Positions 53,876 through 64,000 of a DNA stretch of 64,000 nt are shown here, piece after piece. A program made the position numbers and the translations under genes. The notes under the pieces were generated by a model. That model was not told where the DNA came from. It did no database searches and saw only the letters and a list, made by a program, of their open reading frames with translations. This DNA comes from Eledone cirrhosa (lineage: Eukaryota). The stretch lies in contig OZ024751.1 of the NCBI GenBank assembly GCA_964016885.1, positions 16,368,001 through 16,432,000 on the forward strand. The letters are read 5' to 3'. Position 1 is the first letter of the stretch, and each line of letters opens with the position of its first letter.

Positions 53876-56690
53876 AGTAAGGTTCTAGCTGCGGATAGGA
53901 ATAGGAAGGAAAGGGAGCTAATAGATAGAGTAGAAGAGGCAATTAGAAGCGGCGACGTGGCCAGAGTGCTAGCGTCGAGAACGGCTTTGAGACAGTTTTT
54001 CGACGCGAAGCACGAAGGCTGCGTTGTCCGAAGTAAAATACGTGCTCTAGGGAACGAGGGGACCAAAGCTGTTAGCTGGGCCCGCGTGACAGAGGCCAAC
54101 AGTGGAACTAAATCCACCATCCGGTCTTTGCGAGACCTGGATGGACGGGCGATTCTTGAGCCTAAGCAGATGTGTGAGGCCTTTCAAAGGCACTTTGCCC
54201 GACTGTTCGGGAGGGGCGGTGAGCCGGTTGGGAACGTGGACTTCGGTCCATACCTCGACGGCCTGCCGCGCCTCTCGGACAGGGAGGCGAAGTCCTGCGA
54301 GGAGCCGATTTCGGCCGCTGAGATAGAGGACGTGCTGAGCCAATGCGGCAAACGCAAATCCCCGGGTCTCGATGGTCTTCCTTACGAATTATATCTAGCT
54401 ATGCCGGACTTGTTCCCCGATCTCCTCGAGGCGGTCTACTGCAACTGGCAACAGAACGGGAGAATTCCCTGTACTGTGACCAAGGGCGTAGTCACGCTAG
54501 TGAGGAAGGACGAGAACAAGGGGGACGAAATAAGTAACTTCAGGCCCATAACACTGCTAAATACAGAGTTACAGATTTTGGCCAAGGTGCTAGCAAAGAG
54601 GTTGGCGCTTGTCGTGGGCAACCTGGTGGGAGATGCGCAGACATGCGCTATCCCGTCCAGGTCCATCCATGACAACCTCCACCTCATGCGATACATCATA
54701 GAGAGGGTTGGGAACGAACCCGGCTTTGGTGGGGCTCTGATCAACTTGGATCAATCTAAGGCGTTCGATAGGGTCGACCATGGTTACCTGGATGCGGTGC
54801 TAGCGGCGGCAGGCTTCGGACCCGTTTTCAGGGGCTGGATCACTGCTATGCACAGCAGCCGCATCTGCTCTAGGGTCAAGGTGAACGGCTACCTCTCGGA
54901 GCCGTTCAAAATCGCGCGGTCCATCCGACAAGGGTGCCCTCTCTCCTCCCTTCTGTATGTGTTGACTCTCGAGCTACTACTGCGGAAGTTGGAGTTGTTG
55001 CAGGGCATCCCTTTGGAACCGGGATTGCGGAAAGCGGTGTCGGCCTACGCCGATGACGTGACAGTAATGGTGTCGACGGCCTCCGAAATCGAGGCGGTCG
55101 GCACCTTACTGGAGGAGTACGAAAAGTTCACAGGGGCTAAGCTGAACCGGGACAAGTCGATCGGTTTGCAACTCGGCACGTGGAGGGGCAGACCGATGCC
55201 CTCCGATGGCGTCGTCGGACGCTGGACGGAGGGCCCGGTGAAGTTGCTCGGGGTCTGGTTCGGACCGGACCTCCAGGTGGAGAAAAACTGGGCGGAGGTT
55301 ACGAACAGGGTGTTTGCACTGACCCAGAAGTGGGCCAGTTGCAAACTATCCCTGAAAGGTCGGGCGGAGGTGGCGAACACCTACATAGCGTCCGTCATCT
55401 ACTACCGCCTGACCGTAGTGCCCTGCCCAAGGGAAACGCTCACCAAGATGGAGCGCGCGCTCTTCCAATTCCTTTGGAAGAGGCGGGCTCCTATGGTGAG
55501 GAGATCCATCTGCTGTCAACACCCTTCGAAAGGAGGGCTGGGGATGCCGTGGCTAATGATGCGTAAACACGCATTAAGGCTACGCACCTCTACGTATTCC
55601 TCACCGGACAACCGGTGTGGGCCTCGTTTGTGAGACGAACCTTTCCCAGACTCGTCTCACTCACCGAGCTGCAATCCTGGGTCAAGCAAAGACCGAGAAA
55701 ACTGGGCGCCTGGCACACTGAGTGTGCCCAGGCGCTCACCGCCCTCTGGCAGGCGGATCCGGTTATCAGTGGAGACTCCACCGCAACATTCTATAGAGGG
55801 CTGGTGCGCAGCAGGTGCGACGACGCCCTCGGAGAAGCCCTAGACATGGAGGAGGACGAACTGGCCAGCCTGTTCGGTAGGACATTCAGCCCGGGACCTA
55901 TGGACAACTTCCAGAAGTCCCTGGCCTGGCAGTGCTACCAAGGGGCTTTACCCGTTCGAGAAAGGCTCTACAGACACGGGCGCCCGGGTAGGGACCCCGC
56001 CAAAAAGATCTGTCCCAGATGCGTGTGCGACGAGGAAACCGTTGCACACGCATTAGTACACTGCTCGGGCGTAGCCGATCTGTGGGGCTATGTTGAACAA
56101 CTGCTGTCAAGGGTGGGACCGATCCGGTTGACCACCGAGTCTATTGTAATGATCAAGCCGCCTCCCCCCTTCAAAGATGAAGCAGAGGCGGTGTTTCTGT
56201 GCGTAATAGCCATGGCGAAAGAGGTTGTATGGTGGACGCGTCTGAAAGGACTGAGGTCGGGCACCTTTCTCTCTGGCCAACAACTGGTCCGTTTCTTCCG
56301 ATATCATTTCGGAAGAAGGATCAGGATGGAGAGAGAGGTGCTGCACCCCAGCCGTTTCTATGAAAGATGGGTGAAAGTGGCGAGAATGGCCCGTGTGAAT
56401 GGGCCTTCACTCTACATCAGACTATAGGTGAGGAAGATGAAAGACCAAGGGAGCACCCCTTCTCTGTGCTCCTGAGGAGAAGGGTTGCACACCTTTTTCG
56501 GGGGTGTGTGCGACCCCCCAAGGCGCCTCCTCTCTATTGAGGATTTTGTTAAAAATTTATTTTTTGTTATATCTTATTTTATTTTTATATTTTGTTATTG
56601 CCTCCTCCTTATTGAGGACGCCTTTTTGTGTAAACTCCCCCCTTTGTACTTGTCCCACTTTTGATGCCCTAGTGGCTAATAAAAGAAATA
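53876..56690 (+). mobile_element. 5'-truncated Tx1/L1-clade LINE inserted in a (TATC)n microsatellite
   Basis: GC-rich block carrying the RT and zf-RVT parts of ORF2, without APE or ORF1. The 3' UTR ends AATAAAAGAAATA and (TATC)n flanks both sides. Confidence 0.88.
53957..56427 (+). pseudogene. Tx1-like ORF2 (RT + C-terminal zinc finger) split by one frameshift near 55585
   Basis: ORF 53957-55633 has KSPGLDG, NFRPITLLN, DQSKAFDRV, RQGCPLS, AYADD and KGGLGMP. ORF 55615-56427 has CPRC...ETVAHALVHC. Restoring one base near 55585 gives a continuous ..LRHLYVFLTGQPVWASF.. Confidence 0.85.
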
Positions 56691-56761
<71 letters not shown>

Positions 56762-56831
56762 ATATATATATATATGTATATATATATCAATGATATTAAT
56801 AAATGGAAACTATATTTATAAAACCATATTT

Positions 56832-56890
56832 ATTCTATTATAAATATTTCAAGGGTACCAAAACTTTGGTACGCTCTCATCAGATGAAAT
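56832..56890 (-). ncRNA. Hammerhead motif (family C, different stem II)
   Basis: CTGATGA-[GAGcGTACCAAA gt TTTGGTACcCTT]-GAA-ATATTTAT-A. The flanks (AATAAATGGAAACTATATTTATAAAACCATATTTATT) match 32760-32800 and 25233-25270. Confidence 0.6.
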
Positions 56891-57071
56891 ACCAAGTTTG
56901 TTTTATAAATATTGACATATCCAGGAAGGAGATCTTAACGGTTCAAGTTTTTCCTGAATAGATACATAGTTATATATTATGTATGTAATAGATAAACAGA
57001 AATAGCAACACAATCGGTACAGTATATGGAAGGCATATATTAGGTTAACGCTTGATATAGCAGGAAGAGGG

Positions 57072-57107
57072 TCTTAACATTTCGGACGTTACTCCTTCAT
57101 CAGAAGA
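57072..57107 (-). ncRNA. Minimal hammerhead (family A; host repeat about 56985-57113)
   Basis: TCTT-CTGATGA-AGGAGTAACGTCC-GAA-ATGT-T-AAGA. Confidence 0.6.
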
Positions 57108-57114
57108 AAGAATG

Positions 57115-57178
<64 letters not shown>

Positions 57179-57188
57179 TAGATAGATA

Positions 57189-57422
57189 TATTTCTTTATT
57201 AGCCACAGGGGCACAAAAGAAGGGGACAAATACAAAGGGGGAAGTTTACATACAATAAAAACGTGTAAAATGTTATCACAAATGGAATTTAAAAAGTTAG
57301 TCGATTTTCCCCAATAGAGGGAGACAGTTTATATGGGTAACACATACCCCCGAAAAAAAATGTGCCACCCTCATCTCCAGGAGTACGAAGAGTTTGTACT
57401 CCTTTCCTCTCCTCCTCTATAT
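57189..57422 (-). mobile_element. 3' UTR-only Tx1 relative in a (GATA)n array
   Basis: The reverse complement contains TTTTTCGGGGGTATGTG, CCCCTTTGTATTTGTCCC and AATAAAGAAATA(TATC)n, with GATA repeats on both sides. Confidence 0.8.
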
Positions 57423-58791
57423 AGATAGATAGATAGATAGATAGATACAAATTTAAATAAATTTGGAAACCAAACAATGCATTAGAAAGAAAATTAAATC
57501 GCTAAGATAACAAAAGAATCTAACCTTGGCAAATTTAATGTTTTTCAAAATTGTTAAAATTGTGTTTCCTATTCAACAATCCTTCAAGCAAGCTACATCA
57601 CTCTGTTATATATACATATATTTGTGTTGGAGCTCCGAAATAGCAAAGTATATATGAATGTACGTATTGTATATTTAATAATATAACTGTATGTTTATCG
57701 AAAAACATTTTGAAGCCCTTTCGCCATGAATTGAAGATAGTGACTATAGTCACATACCTAGCTTCAGCGATAACAAAGGGGAATAACCGACGCATTTCTC
57801 ACTGTTTAGCGGTTATGAAGGTTATATAATCCCCTGTTCTTACTGCGAGCTCTAGAAGCCGGATTCCTATAGAATATCAATTATGTTTATGAGCTGTTGA
57901 AACTAATTAACTAACAGAGGCTGGGCTAGAAACCCCTTTGTATTTTAATCAGTTTAAACACATTCTAAACTTAATTGGTATTCTATAAGAATCCATCTTC
58001 TACAGCTCACAGCAACCACAGAGGGGACAATATAGTCTTGATAACCGCTAAACAGCGAGGAATGTATTGGTGATTCCCCTTTGTTTTTGCTGAAGCTAGG
58101 TATGTGACTGACTATAACCGGTACCGGAAATTCACATGGAAGGCCTTCAAAATGATTTAAAATAAACATACAGTATATTATTAAACATAGAAAAAGTACA
58201 TTTATATATATATATAACGCAAGCAAGAAGAAACTGTACGTATGTATCTATATATAGATAGCAAGGTACATGCGTAAATAGATATATTCATGTACACTTA
58301 CATAAATGCTTGCACATATACATATATTGCATATATATACACACGCATACATACATAATTCTATCTGTAAAATTTCTAACAACATGGCTATGATGTTTCT
58401 TCAAAGCGAGGTTGTTGCTAACTGAGGTTCTTCAAACATTATTGGTGTGTTATAAGAAACGGAAGAGAGTGAATTATATATACTTTATTATGCATTTGAG
58501 TTCTGCCTCCCTTGTTGATTACGAAGAACACGATATCCGAACATAATCTCGCTCTCTCTCCCCCTGTCTCTCTGTCTCTCTCTCTCTCGCTCTCTTTACG
58601 ACACATTACAATGAAGAAATATATTAGTTTAACGCTTGATGTAGTAGGAAAAGTGTCTGAACGTTTTGGACATTGGTCCTTCATCGGACGATAAAATGAG
58701 AAAGAAACGATGAAATAGAAAGATAGAGAGTGAGAAGAGGAAAGAACGGAAAAAACATATTTACACCTGTGTATTCAGTCATCCATTTCGG

Positions 58792-60317
<1,526 letters not shown>

Positions 60318-61259
60318 CATAGACATACATACATAGATATACACACGCCACCCTATTTTCGTTTAGTGTTTATCTGAGATATCATTGCTCGTTGTTCAAC
60401 GCGAGACTATATGACTCTTTTCATGCGATGGAGAGAGATTTGGCAGCCATATTTAGATGAATTATAACGTAAGTGCTCGCCTGTTAAGTCACTCTCGTAG
60501 TAGTTCTGATGTGTTAATAATTATAATCTTTGTCAAGTAATCTATTCTTTACAATCTCTGCATTTGACACGGTTAATTAGCGATTATATCCTTTCAACGA
60601 ATGCTAATGAATATATTAATATAGTTCCATTAGTCATAAAATTGGTAAACAAAAGATAGATTTCAATATTCAAATATATTTTACGTCTTTTATCATGCAC
60701 CATCATTCAGAAATATTTTCCGTATAATTCGGTTAATTGTCTCCTGTTAAAAATATAACTCATCCATTGATAAACATAATTTACTCTGCATTCTAACACA
60801 ATGGATGGTAAATGAACGGCTAACTGAATGACAGATGTAGTAGATATGCTGACAGAATCAGCTAACCTTAGCTATACCTACTTAAGTCTATGAATAATTC
60901 AATCTTCACTGAAAGCAAACCTTATTTGAATACAACGTCTCAGAAGGAATTTCAAAGAATCAATTTTAACACCTTCTAACATTGTTTGTATCACGAAAGG
61001 TTCAATAATTAAATTTGGTGTTACTTTCCCTCAAAGCTATAAACATCATTTATCTGTTTTATGCTTAATTTAATTGTTTGAATTAAATTCTGATAATGTT
61101 ATGTACTTAAGGCTTCGATCACAACATAATATACAAGTATAAGTAACACCGATCTTTTCGGGTTTAACACAGTAGGTTCCATTATATCTTAAATTGTTAT
61201 ACACGTGTTGTGTTGCATGTCAATTACGAAAATCAAAACCCTTTCTGTTTTTGGAGGGA

Positions 61260-62246
61260 ATTGATTTCTAGTTTATATACAAGGTCAGCAAATTTGGATG
61301 CAGGTCAAAGTTGATTTAGTAAACCTCAGTACTTGGCTGGTGTTTTTTTTTGTTTGTTTGTTTGTTTCGCTCCCGCAAAGATTACAGGCAAAGATGACTT
61401 CGATGGGTTTTGAACTCAGAATATAAAGAGCCGGAAGAAAAACCACAATAGCCTTTTACCCGACGCTTTACCAATTCTTTGTCGCTTTTAATGTGTCTAG
61501 TTACAACCCTTCCCATTCTGAGTTCATATTCCTCGGTCGTTAAATTTGCTTTTCACCCTTCACTTTTCCGAAGTCAATAAAATAAAGTACCAGTAATCGG
61601 CTTTGTTGTCTCTCCATCAAATTGATGGAATTTTGCCTGAATCAGGAACCATAATTTGTGTGTGTTAATGTGCATATATAACCAATTCTTTATCGTTTTT
61701 AAATTGTCTACTTACAATCCTTGACATTCTGAGTTCATATTCCACGAATGTTAAATTTGCCTGCCGCCCTTCACTTTTCTGAAGTCGGTAAAATATAGTA
61801 TCAATAAAACATTGGGCCAATTCGACGTCCTTATTTCACGCAACCAAACAAATCCCCCTGAAAAGATTCCGGGCCTTGAACCTAAATTAGAATATAGTTA
61901 TGTCCCTTTCCGTTCTGAGTTCAAATCCCGCCGGGATTAGCTTTGCTTTTCATACTTATTGGGTCAATAAAATAAAATACCAGTAACACACTGGAGCTTA
62001 TTTAATCGTCCTTGCCCTCTCTCCCCAAAATTGATGGCTTTTTGCATAAATCAGAAACCATTGATTGGCAATATCAATAGAGGGTCGGACACCATACTTT
62101 CTAGCATAGAGTTACGTCCCGTTACGGTCTGAGTTCAAATCCCACCGAGGATAACTTTGCCTTTCATCCTTACGGGGTCGATAAAATAAAGTACCAGTAA
62201 TGCACTGATATAATTGCTGGCCTTGTGCCAAAAGTAGAAACAATTA
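61260..62246. mobile_element. Cluster of degenerate SINEs plus one younger copy (62064-62246, +)
   Basis: Repeated TTCTGAGTTCA(A/T)AT B boxes and AAAATAAAGTACCAG cores. Confidence 0.7.
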
Positions 62247-62891
62247 TTTGTGTCAATCAATGTTCATTTATAGGAAAGGTTTAGAGCCAGTTGGATGGAC
62301 TACCTGCACTTGTAATTCAATGGCTCAGCCTTGTCACACACAGGGACACGCGCAGCCTCACTGAAAAGTATATTAAAGGTATACGTGTCTATGAAAGCCC
62401 CAGTCCCTTCACCAAAATTTAGCGAGTAAGCCGTTCCGTTGATCAAAGAACCTAAACACTTAATCAGTGAAAACCGATCAAGGCCTATTTATTTTGATCT
62501 AATCATTCATTTTCGATCATGCTCGAACATTTTCGTTAATCAAATTATTTTTTTAATCAACGCGTTTTAAGATATTTCTTTATCAACGCGTTTTAAATTA
62601 TTTCAAACGCACTCATTAATTGAAATTTATTGACATTTCTAGATGTCTTTAATGCCGATATCATGCGTTTGCAGTTAGCTTGTAATATACTGTTATGTGC
62701 AAGTATGAGTAGAAAATACCATATAATATATATATAATTTGTGGGAATTATATAGATGTAACAGATTAATACATCTCAGATATTACATACATACATAAAT
62801 TTATATTATATATATAATATATATGTATATATGTTCATATATACATATATATATCTGCATATTTATATATATGCACATATATATATATATG

Positions 62892-62961
<70 letters not shown>

Positions 62962-63070
62962 TATATATATATGCACATATATATATGTGCATATATATAT
63001 ATGCACATATATTTAGTCCAGAATTAGCCGTCGAAACGGCTTGAGCTCAGCCGTCGGAGTCCTACTCGTT

Positions 63071-63133
<63 letters not shown>

Positions 63134-64000
63134 AAATCGATATGTATGCATATGTGTGTGTATGTGTGCTAGCGTTTGTGTAAACATTCTAGTATATCTA
63201 CACACTCGCTCAATCATATTACGTTGTAATAAGTACAGTAGTTCTAAAAATAAAAAGCAAATGAGGAAGCAGGATCATCAATCAAAGCACCTCCTTTCTA
63301 GAATTTTCCATGTTAAATCAGACGTTTGCCAAATTCTTATAAAAATCCATTAAATCGTCATCAGCAACAAGCAGTAAAAGGAACAGCGTCAGCAACTGCA
63401 GTGAAAGCGACAGCAAGGTATTAAAAGCTTATTATGACGATGGGTACGTTAAGGGTGGTGAACATATGGAATTATATGGAAAGAGTTAGCAGAAGGAGCG
63501 GGAGACGTGTTATACGTATATATATTTTAGTTATTTATTTTGCTGTGATATTTAAGAACCGGTGTTAAAGGCATGGCAGCTGAATTTAATTTTATGAATC
63601 TTATTTCTTCAAATTATGTCTTAGCATTCGTTTTGTTATAAATATTATGTAGATGTAAGATTAGAAATTGCATGATATGCCATACTAATTGTAAAACGCT
63701 ATTAACTGAGGACGAACAATTAATAAATTTTAATCAATAAAATACACTCAAAATTGATGCGATTATAGTAATAACTTAATTATATAGAAAATATAAACTG
63801 TACGTTTTGCACATCTTCTCATTTATAATAAATAATCTAAAAATGTTTATGTAATTTTCTAATTAACTGGCGTAAAGTGTAACCAAAAAAACATTATTCC
63901 CATCTCTAAACCATTCCATACACTATTAGGAGTCTTCGTTATTAAATCAATAGTGCTGATGTATATAACTCTATGTATACGGCTCGTAACTGCTGATGGA

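Overview
AT-rich, microsatellite-saturated animal genomic DNA with no recognisable host protein-coding exon. The dominant tRNA-derived SINE suggests an octopus or other cephalopod, which is an inference. The window is almost entirely mobile-element derived. It holds (1) a full-length intact RTE LINE with a 12-bp TSD (18379-21698, minus); (2) a 5'-truncated Tx1/L1-clade LINE plus two short relatives, all inside (TATC)n arrays; (3) RLE-type (R4/Dong-like) 3' ends inside (CATA)n arrays; (4) roughly 30 SINE copies, Helitron-like elements, an Hsmar2-like mariner remnant, and CRE/RTE fragments; (5) Penelope-like (PLE) ORF fragments. The most striking signal is about 20 minimal type-I hammerhead ribozyme motifs from at least 10 unrelated short families, found by eye. 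Most lie in or next to (TA)n arrays and many are in fold-back (inverted) arrangements. They include U3-A8 core variants and a 591-bp tandem unit that looks like a retrozyme. Coordinates were read manually and may be a few bases off. No folding or homology searches were run.
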